DNA of 64,000 nt from the human T2T-CHM13v2.0 reference genome, Homo sapiens, in assembly GCF_009914755.1 (NCBI RefSeq), contig NC_060933.1; one strand, written 5' to 3'. Shown piece after piece: positions 13,001 through 27,100 of the stretch. The notes under the pieces were generated by a model, which saw only the letters and a program-made list of their open reading frames with translations, did no database searches and was not told where the DNA came from. How positions within the stretch are numbered: the stretch's first letter is position 1; each line of letters starts with the position of its first letter. A program made the translations under genes and the position numbers.

Positions 13001-16000
13001 CCGAGTGCAGGGGAATGTAATGGAACGGAATGCAATGGAATGGAATCATCCGGAATGGAATGGAATGGAATGGAATGGAATCAACCCGAGTGCAATGGAA
13101 TGGAATGGAATGGAATGGAATGGAATGGAACAACCCGAATGGAATGGAATGTAATGGAGAGTAAGGGAGTTGAAAAGAATCAATCCGAATGTAATGGAAT
13201 GGAATGGAACGGAATGGAATGGAATGGAATGCAATGGAATGGAATCAACCCGAGTACAATGGAATGGAATGGAATGGAATGGAATGGTAAGGAATGGAAT
13301 GCAATGGAATGGAATCTTCCGGATTGGAATGGAATGGAATGGAATGGAATGGAATCGAATGCAATGGATTCAACTCGATTGCAATGGAATGGAATAGAAT
13401 GGAATGGAATGGAATGGAATGGAATTAAACCGAATAGAATGGAATGGAATGGAATGGAACGGAACGGAACGGAACGGAACGGAGTGGAATGGAATGGAAT
13501 GGAATTCTATGGAATGGAATGGAATGGTACGGAATAGAATGGAATGGAAAGAATTGGAATGGAATGGAATGGAATGGAATGGAATGGAATGGAATGGAAT
13601 CAACCCGAGTGCAGGGTAATGTAATTGAACGGAATGCAATAGAATGGAATCATCCGGAATGGGATGGAATGGAATGGAATGGAATGGAATGGAATGGAAT
13701 CAACCCGAGTGCAATGGGATGGAGTGGATTGGAATGGAATGGAATGGAACAACCCGAATGGAATGGAATGTAATGGAGAGTAAGGGAGTTGAATAGAATC
13801 AATCCGAATGTAATGGAATGGAATGCAACGGAATGGAATGGAATGGAATGGAATGGAATGCAATGGAATGGAATCAACCCGAGTACAATGGAATGGAAAG
13901 GAATGGAATGGAATGGAATGGAATGGAATGGAATGGAATGCCTTCAAACCGAATGGAATCGAAAGGAATGGAATCAACACGAGTGGAATGGAATGGAATG
14001 TAATGGAATGGAATGGAATGGAATGGAATGGAATAGAATGATACGGAATAGAATGGAATGGAACGAAATGGAATGGAATGGAATGGAATGGAATGGAATG
14101 GAATCGTTCCGAGTGGAATAGGAGGGAATGTATACAAGTGGAATGGAAAGGAATTGAATCAACCAGAGTGGAATGGAAGGGAATGGAATGGAATGGAAAG
14201 GAATGGAATGGAAAGGAATGGAATGGAATGGAATGGAATGGAATGGAATGGAATGGAATGGAATCAACGCGAGTGCAGGGGAATGGAATGGAATCGAATG
14301 GAATGGAATGGAATGGAATGGAATCAACCCGAATGCAGGGGAATGTAATGGAACGGAATGCAATGGAATGGAATCATCCGGAATGGAACGGAATGGAATG
14401 GAATGGAATCAACCCGAGTGCAATGGAATGGAGTTGAATGGAATGGAATGGAATGGAACAACCCGAATTTAATGGAATGTAATGGAGAGTAAGGGAGTTG
14501 AAAAGAATCAATCCGAATGTAATGGAATGGAATGGAACGGAATGGAATGGAATGGAATGGAATGCAATGTAATGGAATCAACCCGAGTACAATGGAATGG
14601 AATGGAATGGAATGGAATGGAGTGGAATGGAATGGAATGGAAACTACCCGAATGGAATGGAATGTAATGGAGTGTAAGGGAATTGAATAGAATCAATCCG
14701 AATGGAATGGAATGGAATGGAACGGAATGTAATGGAATGGAATGGAATGGAATCAACCCGAGTGCAGGGGAATGGAATGGAATGGGATACAATGGAATGG
14801 AATCATCCGCAATGGAATGGAATGGAATGGAATGGAATGGAATGGAATGGAATCAACCCGAGTGCAATGGAATGGAGTGAAATGGAATGCAATGGAATGG
14901 AGACAACCAGAATGGATTGGAATATAATGGAGTGTAAGGGAATTGAATAGAATCAATCTGAATGTAATGAAATGGAATGGAACGGAATGGAATGGAATAA
15001 ACCCGAGTACAATGGAATGGAATGGAATGGAATGGAATGGAATGGAATGGAATGGAATGGAATGCAATGGAATGGAATCTTCCGGAATGGAATGGAATGG
15101 AATGGAATGGAATGGAATGCAATGGATTCAACTCGATTGCAATGGAATGGAATAGAATGGAATGGAATGGAATGGAATGGAATTAAACCGAATAGAATGG
15201 AATGGAATGGAATGGAACGGAAAGGAACGGAACGGAACGGAACGGAACGGAGTGGAATGGAATGGAATGGAATTGTATGGAATGGAATGGAATGGTACAG
15301 AATAGAATGGAATGGAAAGAATTGCAATGGAATGGAATGGAATGGAATGGAATGGAATGGAATGGAATGGTATCAACCAGAGTGCAGGGGAATGTAATGG
15401 AACGGAATGCAATCGAATGGAATCATCCGGAATGGAATGGAATGGAATGGAATGGAATCCAATGGAATCAACCCGAGTGCAATGGAATGGAGTGGAATGG
15501 AATGGAATGGAATGGAACAACCCGAATGGAATGGAATATAATGGAGAGTAAGGGAGATGAATAGAATCAATCCGAATGTAATGGAATGGAAAGGAATGGA
15601 ATGGAATGGAATGGAATGGAATGGAATGGAATGGAATGGAATGCAATGGAATGGAATCAACCCGAGTACAATGGAACGGAATGGAATGGAATGGAATGGA
15701 ATGGAATGGAATGGAATGGAATGGAATGGAATCAACCCGAGTGCAATGGAATGGAGAGGAATGGAATGGAATGGAATGGAAACTACCCGAATGGAATGGA
15801 ATGTAATGGAGTGTAAGGCAATTGAATAGAATCAATCCGAATGGAATGGAATGGAATGGAACGGAATGTAATGGAATGGAATGGAATGGAATCAACCCGA
15901 GTGCAGGGGAATGGAATGGAATGGAATGCAATGGAATGGAATCATCCGGAATGGAATGGAATGGAATACAATGGAATGGAATGGAATGGAATGGAATGGA

Positions 16001-16856
16001 ATGGAATGGAATGATACGGAATAGAATGGAATGGAACGAAATGGAATGGAATGGAATGGAATGGAAAGGAATGGAATGGAATCGTTCCAAGTGGAATAGG
16101 AGGGAATGTATTCGAGTGGAATGGAAAGCAATGTAATCAACCAGAGTGTAATGGAAGGGAATGGAATGGAATGGAAACTAATAGAATGGAATCAACCCGA
16201 GTGGAATGGAATGGAAAGGACTGGAATGGAATGGAATGGAATGGAATCAACTCGATTGTAATGGAATGGAATGGAATGGAATGGAATGGAATGGAATGGA
16301 ATTAACCCGAATACAATGGAATGGAATGGAATGGATCGGAATGGAGTGGAATGGAATGGAATCAACCCGAGTGCAGGGGAATGGAATGGAATGGAATGCA
16401 ATGGAATGGAATCATCCGGAATGGAATGGAATGGAATGCAATGGAATGGAATGGAATGGAATCAACCAGAGTGCAATGGAATGGAGTGAAATGGAATGGA
16501 ATGGAATGGAGACAACCAGAATGGGTTGGAATAGAATGGAGTGTAAGGGAATTGAATAGAATCAATCTGAATGTAATGAAATGGAATGGAATGGAATGGA
16601 ATGGAATGAAATGGAATCAACCCCTGTGCAATCGAATGGAATCGAATGTAATGGAAAGCAATGGAATGGATTCAACTTGAATGGAATGGAAAGAATGGAA
16701 TCAACACGAGTGGAATGGCATGGATTGGAATGGAATGGAATGGAATCAACCCGAGTACAGGGGAATGGAATAGAATGGAATGCAATGGAATGGAATCATC
16801 CGTAATGGAATGGAAAGGAATGGAATGGAATGAAATGGAATGGAATGGAATGGAAT

Positions 16857-17335
16857 CAACTCGATTGCAATCGAATGGAATGGAATGGAATTAACCCGAA
16901 TAGAATGGAATGGAATGGAATGGAACGGAATGGAATGGAATGGAATGGAATGGAATGGAATGGAATGGAATGGAACGGAAAGGAAGGGAATGGAATGGAA
17001 TAGAATGGAATGGAATGGAATCAACGCGAGTGTAGGGGAATGGAATGGAATGGAATGCAATGGAATGGAATCTTCCGGAATGGAATGGAATGGAATCAAC
17101 TCGATTGCAATCGAATGGAATGGAATGGAATTAACCCGAATAGAATGGAATGGAATGGAATGGAACGGAACGGAATGGAATGGAATGGAATGGAATGGAA
17201 TGGAATGGAACGGAAAGGAAGGGAATGGAATGGAATAGAATGGAATGGAATGGAATCAACGCGAGTGCAGGGGAATGGAATGGAATGGAATGCAATGGAA
17301 TGGAATCTTCCGGAATGGAATGGAATGGAATGGAA
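16857..17335 (+). repeat. Nested ~240 bp direct tandem duplication inside each HOR copy
   Basis: CAACTCGATTGCAATCG...GGAAAGGAAGGG...CAACGCGAGT...CTTCCGG occurs twice back to back (starts 16857 and 17097). Confidence 0.8.
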
Positions 17336-18251
17336 TGGAATGGAATCAACCCGAGTGCAATGGAATGGAGTGGAATGGAATGGAATGGAATGGAACAACC
17401 CGAATGGAATGGAATGTAATGGAGAGTAAGGGAGTTGAATAGAATCAATCCGAATGTAACGGAATGGAATGGAACGGAATGGAATTGAATGGAATGGAAT
17501 GGAATGCAATGGAATGGAATCAACCCGAGTGCAATGGAATGGAGAGGAATGGAATGGAATGGAATGGAAACTACCCGAATGGAATGGAATGTAATGGAGT
17601 GTAAGGGAATTGAATAGAATCAATCCGAATGTAATGGAATGGAATGGAACGGAATGGAATGGAATGGAATGGAATGGAATGGAATGGAATGGAGTGCAAT
17701 GGAATGCAATCAACGCGAGTGCAATCGAATGGAATCGAATGGAATGGAATGCAATGGAATGGATTCAACTTGAATGGAATGGAAAAAATGGAATCAACAC
17801 GAGTGGAATGGCATGGATTGGAATGGAATGGAATGGACTCAACCCGAGTACAGGGGAATGGAATGGAATGGAATGCAATGGAATGGAATCATCCGTAATG
17901 GAATGGAAAGGAATGGAATGGAATGGAATGGAATGGAATGGAATCAACTCGATTGCAATCGAATGGAATGGAATGGAATTAACTCGAATAGAATGGAATG
18001 GAATGGAATGGAAGAGAACGGAATGGAATGGAATGGAATGGAATGGAAAGGAACGGAACGGAATGGAATGGAGTGGAATGGAATGGAATGGAATCAACGC
18101 GAGTGCAGGGGAATGGAATGGAATGGAATGCAATGGAATGGAATCTTCCGGAATGGAATGGAATGGAATGGAATGGAATGAAATGCAATGGATTCAACTC
18201 GATTGCAATGGAATGGAATAGAATGGAACGGAATGGAATGGAATGGAATTA

Positions 18252-19050
18252 ATCCGAATAGAATGGAATGGAATGGAATGGAACGGAATGGAACGGAATG
18301 GAATGGAATGGAATGGAATGGTATGGAATGTAATGGAATGGTACGGAATAGAATGGAATGGAACGAATTGTAATGGAATGGAATTGAATGGAATGGAATG
18401 GAATGGAATGGAATCAACGCGAGTGCAGGGGAATGTAATGGAACGGAATGCAATGGAATGGAATCATCCGGAATGGAATGGAATGGAATGGAATGGAATG
18501 GAAACAACCCGAGTGCAATGGAATGGAGTGGAATGGAATGGAATGGAATGGAACAACCCTAATGGAATGGAATGTAATGGAGAGTAAGGGAGTTGAATAG
18601 AATCAATCCGAATGTAATGGAATGGAATGCAACGGAATGGAATGGAATGGAATGGAATGGAATGGAATGGAATGGAATGCAATGGAATGGAATCAACCCG
18701 AGTACAATGGAATGGAATGGAATGGAATGGAATGGAATGGAATGGAATGATACGGAATAGAATGGAATGGAACGAAATGGAATGGAATGGAATGGAATGG
18801 AATGGAATGGAATCGTTCCGAGTGGAATAGGAGGGAATGTATTCGAGTGGAATGGAAAGGAATGGAATCAACCAGAGTGGAATGGAAGGGAATGGAATGG
18901 AATGGAAACTAATAGAATGGAATCAACCCGAGTGGAATGGAATGGAAAGGACTGGAATGGAATGGAATGGAATGGAATCAAGTCGATTATAATGGAATGG
19001 ATTGGAATGGAATGGAATGGAATGGAATGGAATGGAATGGAATGGAATTA
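18252..19050 (+). repeat. 799 bp segment present only in HOR copy 1
   Basis: The copy1-copy2 offset drops from 16430 to 15631. Copies 2 and 3 join GGAATTAA directly to CCCGAATACAATGGAAAGG (near 34,680 and 50,271). Confidence 0.9.
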
Positions 19051-20729
19051 ACCCGAATACAATGGAAAGGAATGGAATGGAACGGAATGGAGTGGAATGG
19101 AATGGAATCAACCCGAGTGTAGGGGAATGGAATGGAATGGAATGCAATGGAATGGAATCATCCGGAATGGAATGGAATGGAATGCAATGGAATTGAATGG
19201 AATGGAATCAACCAGAGTGCAATGGAATGGAGTGAAATGGAATGGAATGGAATGGAGACAACAAGAATGGATTGGAATATAATGGAGTGTAAGGGAATTG
19301 AACAGAATCAATCTGAATGTAATCAAATGGAATGGAACGGAATGGAATGGAATGGAATGGAATGCAATGGAATGGAATCAACCCGAGTGCAATCGAATGG
19401 AATCGAATGGAATGGATTGCAACGGAATGGATTCAACTTGAATGGAATGGAAAGAATGGAATCAACACGAGTGGAATGGCATGGATTGGAATGAAATGGA
19501 ATGTAATCAACCCGAGTACAGGGGAATGGAATGGAATGGAATGCAATGGAATGGAATCATCCGTAATGGAATGGAAAGGAATGGAATGGAATGGAATGGA
19601 ATGGAATGGAATGGAATGGAATGGAATCAACTCGATTGCAATCGAATGGAATGGAATGGAATTAACCCGAATAGAATGGAATGGAATGGAATGGAACGGA
19701 ACGGAACGGAACGGAATGGAATGGAATGGAATGGAACGGAAAGGAAGGGAATGGAATGGAATAGAATGGAATGGAATGGAATCAACGCGAGTGCAGGGGA
19801 ATGGAATGGAATGGAATGCAATGGAATGGAATCTTCCGGAATGGAATGGAATGGAATGGAATGGAATGGAATGGAATGGAATGGAATGAACCCGAGTGCA
19901 ATGGAATGGAGTGGAATGGAATGGAATGGAATGGAACAACCCGAATGGAATGGAATGGAATGGAGTGTAAGGGAGTTGAATAGAATCAATCCGAATGTAA
20001 TGGAATGGAATGGAACGGAATGGAATTGAATGGAATGGAATGGAATGCAATGGAATGGAATCAACCCGAGTGCAATGGAATGGAAAGGAATGGAATGGAA
20101 TGGAATGGAAACTACCCGAATGGAATGGAATGTAATGGAGTGTAAGGGAATTGAATAGAATCAATCCGAATGTAATGGAATGGAATGGAACGGAATGGAA
20201 TGGGATGGAATGGAATGGAATGGAATGCAATGGAATGGAATCAACCCGAGTGCAATCGAATGGAATCGAATGGAATGGAATGCAATGGAATGGATTCAAC
20301 TTGAATGAAATGGAAAGAATGGAATCAACACGAGTGGAATGGCATGGATTGGAATGGAATGGAATGGAATCAACCCGAGTACAGGGGAATGGAATGGAAT
20401 GGAATGCAATGGAATGGAATCATCCGTAATGGAATGGAAAGGAATGGAATGGAATGGAATGGAATGGAATGGAATCAACTCGATTGCAATGGAATGGAAT
20501 GGAATGGAATTAACCCGAATAGAATGGAATGGAATGGAATGGAACAGAACGGAATGGAATGAAATGGAATGGAACGGAACGGAACGGAATGGAATGGAAT
20601 GGAATGGAATGGAATGGAATGGAATGGAATGGAATCAATCCGAGTGCAGGGGAAAGGAATGGAATGGAATGCAATGGAATGGAATGGAATGGAATGGAAT
20701 GGAATGGAATGGAATGGAATGGAATCAAC

Positions 20730-21175
20730 CCGAGTAGAATGGCATGGAATGGAATGCAATGGAATGGAATGGAATGGAATCAACTCGAGTAGAAAGGAAT
20801 GGAATGGAATGGAATGGAATGGAATGAAATCAACTCGAGTGGAATGGAATGGAACGGAATGGATTGGAATGGATTGCAATGGAATGAAATGGAATGGAAT
20901 CAATCATTCCGAGTGGAATGGAAGGGAATGTAATGGAGTGGAAAGAAGGGAATGTAATCAACCCGAGTGGAATGCAAGGCAATGGAATGGAATGGAAAGG
21001 AATGGAATGGAATCAACTCGATTGCAATTGAATGGAATGTAATGGAATGGAATGGAAAGGAATGGAATGGAAAGAAATGGAATGGAATGGAATGCAATGG
21101 AATGGAATCAACCCGGGTGCAATCGAATGGAATCGAATGGAATGGAATGCAATGGAATGGATTCTACTTCAATGG
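20730..21175 (+). repeat. Divergent HSat3 island with atypical words (also ~36351-36796 and ~51952-52397)
   Basis: CAACTCGAGT (twice), CAATCATTCCGAGT, GGAAAGAAGGG, GCAAGGCAAT, CAACCCGGGT and GGATTCTACTTC were not seen elsewhere in the unit. Confidence 0.75.
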
Positions 21176-24100
21176 AATGGAAAGAATGGAATCAACACGA
21201 GTGGAATGGCATGGATTGGAATGGAATGGAATGGAATCAACCCGAGTACAGGGGAATGGAATGGAATGGAATGCAATGGAATGGAATCATCCGTAATGGA
21301 ATGGAAAGGAATGGAATGGAATGGAATGGAATGGAATCAACTCGATTGCAATCGAATGGAATGGAATGGAATTAACCCGAATAGAATGGAATGGAATGGA
21401 ATGGAACGGAACGGAACGGAATGGAATGGAATGGAATGGAATGGAATGGAATTTAATGGAACGGAAAGGAATGGAATGGAATGGAATGGAATGGAATGGA
21501 ATGGAATGGAATCAACGGGAGTGCAGGGGAATGCAATGTAATGGAATGCAATGGAATGGAATCTTCCGCAAAGGAATGGAATGGAATGGAATAAACCCGA
21601 GTGCAATGGAATGGAGTGGAATGCAATGGAATGGAATGGAACAACCCGAATGGAATCGAATGTAATGGAGAGTAAGGGAGTTGAATAGAATCAATCCGAA
21701 TGTAATGGAATGGAATGGAACGGAATGGAATTGAATGGAATGGAATGGCATGCAATGGAATGGAATCAACCCGAGTGCAATGGAATGGAGAGGAATGGAA
21801 AGGAATGGAGTAGAAACTACCCGAATGGAATGGAATGTAATGGAGTGTAAGGGAATTGAATAGAATCAATCCGAATGTAATGGAATGGAATGGAACGGAA
21901 TGGAATGGAATGGAATGGAATGGAATGGAATGGAATCTTCCGGAATGGAATGGAATGGAATGGAATGGAATGGAATGCAATGGATTCAACTCGATTGCAA
22001 TGGAATGGAATAGAATGGAATGGAATGGAATGGATTGGAATTAACCCGAATAGAATGGAATGGAATGGAATGGAACGGAATGGAACGGAATGGAATGGAA
22101 TGGAATGGAATGGAATGGTATGGAATGGAATGGAATGGTACGGAATAGAATGGAATGGAACGAATTGTAATGGAATGGAATTGAATGGAATGGAATGGAA
22201 TCAACGCGAGTGCAGGGGAGTGTAATGGAACGGAATGCAATGGAATGGAATCATCCGGAATGGAATGGAATGGAATGCAATGGAATGGAATCAACCCGAG
22301 TGCAATGGAATGGAGTGGAATGGAATGGAATGGAATGGAACAACCCGAATGGAATGGAATGCAATGGAGAGTAAGGGAGTTGAATAGAATCAATCCGAAT
22401 GTAATGGAATGGAATGCAACGGAATGGAATGGAATGGAATGGAATGGAATGCAATGGAATGGAATCAACCCGAGTACAACGGAATGGAATGGAATGGAAT
22501 GGAATGGAATGGAATGCCTTCAAACCGAATGGAATGGAAAGGAATGGAATCAACACGAGTGGAATGGAATGGAATGGAATGATACGGAATAGAATGGAAT
22601 GGAACGAAATGGAATGGAATGGAATGGAATGGAATGGAATGGAATGGAATCGTTCCGAGTGGAATAGGAGGGAATGTATTCCAGTGGAATGGAAAGGAAT
22701 GGAATCAACCAGAGTGGAATGGAAGGGAATGGAATGGAATGGAAACTAATAGAATGGAATCAACCCGAGTGGAATGGAATGGAAAGGACTGGAATGGAAT
22801 GGAATGGAATGGAATGGAATGGAATCAACTCGATTGTAATGGAATGGAATGGAATGGAATGGAATGGAATGGAATAGAATTAACCCGAATACAATGGAAT
22901 GGAATAGAATGGAACGGAATGGAGTGGAATGGAATGGAATCAACCCGAGTGCAGGGGAATGGAATGGAATGGAATGCAATGGAATGGAATCGTCCGGACT
23001 GGAATGGAATGGAATGGAATGCAAAGCAATGGAATCAACTCGATTGCAATGGAATGGAATGGAATGGAAAGGAATACATTGGAATCAAGCCGAGTGGAAT
23101 GGAATGGAAAAGAGTGGAATGGAGTGGAATGGAATGGAATGGAATGGAATGGAATCAACTCGATTGGAATGGAATGGAATGGAATGGAATGGAATGGATT
23201 TAACCCGAATAGAATGGAATGGAATGGAATGGAACGGAACGGAATGGAATGGAATGGAATGGAATGCAATGGAATGGATTCAACTTGAATGGAATGGAAA
23301 GAATGGAATCAACACGAGTGGAATGGCATGGATTGGAATGGAATGGAATGGAATCAACCCGAGTACAGGGCAATGGAATGGAATGGAATGTAATGGAATG
23401 GAATCATCCGTTATGAAATGGAAAGGAATGGAATGGAATGGAATGGAATGGAATGGAATGGAATCAACTCGATTGCAATCGAATGGAATGGAATTGAATT
23501 GACCCGAATAGAATGGAATGTAATGGAATGGAACGGAACGGAACGGAACGGAATGGAATGGAATGGAATGGAATGGAATGGAATGGAATGGAACGGAAAG
23601 GAATGGAATGGAATGGAATGGAATGGAATGGAATTGAATGGAATGGAATGGAACGGAACGGAACGGAATGGAATGGAATGGAATGGAATGGAATGGAATG
23701 GAACGGAAAGGAATGGAATGGAATGGAACGGAATGGAATGGAATGGAATGGAATGGAATCAACACGAGTGCAGGGGAATGGAATGGAATGGAATGCAATG
23801 GAATGGAATCTTCCGGAATGGAATGGAATGGAATGGAATGGAATGGAATGGAATGGAATCAACCCGAGTGCAATCGAATGGAGTGGAATGGAATGGAATG
23901 GAATGGAACAACCCGAATGGAATGGAATGTAATGGAGAGTAAGGGAGTTGAATAGAATCAATCCGAATGTAATGGAATGGAATGCAACGGAATGGAATGG
24001 AATGGAATGGAATGGAATGCAATGGAATGGAATCAACCCGAGTGCAATGGAATGGAGAGGAATGGAATGGAATGGAATGGAAACTACCCCAATGGAATGG

Positions 24101-27100
24101 AATGGAATGGAGTGTAAGGGAATTGAATAGAATCAATCCGAATGAAATGGAATGGAATGGAACGGAATGGAATGGAATGGAATGGAATGCAATGGAATGG
24201 AATGATACGGAATAGAAAGGAATGGAACGAAATGGAATGGAATGGAATGGAATGGAATGGAATGGAATGGAATGGAATCGTTCCGAGTGGAATAGGAAGG
24301 AATGTATTCGAGTGGAATGGAAAGGAATGGATTCAACCAGAGTAGAAAGGAAGGGAATGGAATGGAATGGAAACTAATAGAATGGAATCAACCCGAGTGG
24401 AATCGAATGGAAAGGACTGGAATGGAAAGGAATGGAATGGAATGGAATGGAATGAACGCGAGTGCAGGGGAATGGAATGGAATCGAATGGAATGGAATGG
24501 AATGGAATGGAATCAACCCGAGTGCAGGAGAATGTAATGGAACGGAATGCAATGGAATGGAATCATCCGGAATGGAATGGAATGGATTGGAATAGAATCA
24601 ACCCGAGTGCAATGGAATGGAGTGGAATGGAATGAAATGGAATGGAACAACCCGAATGGAATGGAATGTAATGGAGAGTAAGGGAGTTGAAAAGAATCAA
24701 TCCGAAAGTAATGGAATGGAATGGAATGGAATGGAATGGAATGGAATGCAATGGAATGGAATCAACCCGAGTACAATGGAATGGAATGGAATGGAAAGGA
24801 ATGGAATGGAATGGAATGCAATGGAATGGAATCTTCCGGAATGGAATGGAATGGAATGGAATGGAATGGAATGGAATGGAATGGAATGCAATGGATTCAA
24901 CTCGATTGCAATGGAATGGAATAGAATGGAATGGAATGGAATGGAATGGAATGGAATGGAATTAAACCGAATAGAATGGAATGGAAATGAATGGAAGGGA
25001 ACGGAACGGAACGGAACGGAACGGAGTGGAATGGAATGGAATGGAATTGTATGGAATGGAATGGCTTGGTACGGAATAGAATGGAATGGAAAGAATTGGA
25101 ATGGAATGGAATGGAATGGAATGGAATGGAATGGAATGGAATGGAATCAACCTGAGTGCAATGGAATGGAGTGGAATGGAATGGAATGGAATGGAACAAC
25201 CCGAATGGAATGGAATGTAATGGAGAGTAAGGGAGTTGAATAGAATCAATCCGAATGTAATGTAATGGAATGGAACGGAATGGAATTGAATGGAATGGAA
25301 TGGAATGCAATGGAATGGAATCAACCCGAGTGCAATGGAATGGAGAGGAATGGAATGGAATGGAATTGAAACTACCCGAATGGAATGGAATGTAATGGAG
25401 TGTAAGGGAATTGAATAGAATCAATCCGAATGGAATGGAATGGAATGGAACGGAATGTAATGGAATGGAATGGAATGGAATCAACCCGAGTGCAGGGGAA
25501 TGGAATGGAATGGAATGCAATGGAATGGAGTCATCCGTAAGGGAATGGAAAGGAATGGAATGGAATGGAATGTTACGGAATAGAATGGAATGGAAAGAAT
25601 TGTAATGGAATGGAATCGAATGGAATGGAATGGAATGCAATGGAATGAAACCGAGTGCAGGGGAATGTAATGGAACGGAATGCAGTGGAATGGAGTCATC
25701 CGTAAGGGAATGGAAAGGAATGGAATGGAATGGAATGGAATGGAATGGAATCAACTCGATTGCAATCGAATGGAATGGAACGGAATTAACCCGAATAGAA
25801 TGGAATGGAATGGAATGGAACGGAACAGAATGGAATGCAATGGAATGGAATGGAACGGAAAGGAAGGGAATGCAATGGAATAGAATGGAATGGAATGGAA
25901 TCAACGCGAGTGCAGGGGAATGGAATGGAATGGAATGCAATGGAATGGAATCTTCCGGAATGGAATGGAATGGAATGTAATGGAATGGAATGGAATCAAC
26001 CCAAGTGCAATGGAATGGAGTGGAATGGAATGGAATGGATTGGAACAACCCGAATGGAATGGAATGTAATGGAGAGTAAGGGAGTTGAATAGAATCAATC
26101 CGAATGTAATGGAATGGAATGGAACGGAATGGAATTGAATGGAATGGAATGGAATGCAATGGAATGGAATCAACCCGAGTGCAATGGAATGGAGAGGAAT
26201 GGAATGGAATGGAATGGAAACTACCCGAATGGAATGGAATGTAATGGAGTGTAAGGGAATTGAATAGAATCAATCCGAATGTAATGTAATGGAATGGAAT
26301 GGAATGGAATGGAATGGAATGGAATTAACCCGAATAGAATGGAATGGAATGCAATGGAACTGAATGGAACGGAATGGAATGGAATGGAATGGAATGGAAT
26401 GGAATGGAATGGTATGGAATGGAATGGAATGGTACGGAATAGAATGGAATGTAACGAATTGTAATGGAATGGAATTGAATGGAATGGAATGGAATCATCG
26501 CGAGTGCAGGGGAATGTAATGGAACGGAATGCAATGGAATGGAATCATCCGGAATGGAATGGAATGGAATGGAATGGAATGGAATGGAATGGAATCAACC
26601 CGAGTGCAATGGAATGGAGTGGAATGGAATGGAATGGAATGGAACAACCCGAATTGAATGGAATGTAATGGAGAGTAAGGGAGTTGAATAGAATCAATCC
26701 GAATGTAATGGAATGGAATGCAACGGAATGGAATTGAATGGAATGGAATGGAATGAAATGGAATGCAATCAACCCGAGTACAATGGAATGGAATGGAATG
26801 GAATTGAATGGAATGCCTTCAAACCGAATGGAATGGAAAGGAATGGAATCAACACGAGTGGAATGGAATGGAATGGAATGGAATGGAATGGAATGATACG
26901 GAATAGAATGGAATGGAACGAAATGCAATGGAATGGAATGGAATGGAATGGAATGGAATCGTTCCGAGTGGAATAGGAGGGAATGTATTCGAGTGGAATG
27001 GAAAGGAATGGAATCAACCAGAGTGGAATGGATGGGAATGGAATGGAATGGAAACTGATAGAATGGAATCAACCCGAGTGGAATGGAATGGAAAGGACTG

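Noticed and set aside
24897-26273. Longest ORF (458 aa, - strand; repeated at 40513-41889)
   Set aside because: Low-complexity HSIPF repeat. It is duplicated only because of the HOR and is frameshifted in copy 3 by a pentamer indel.
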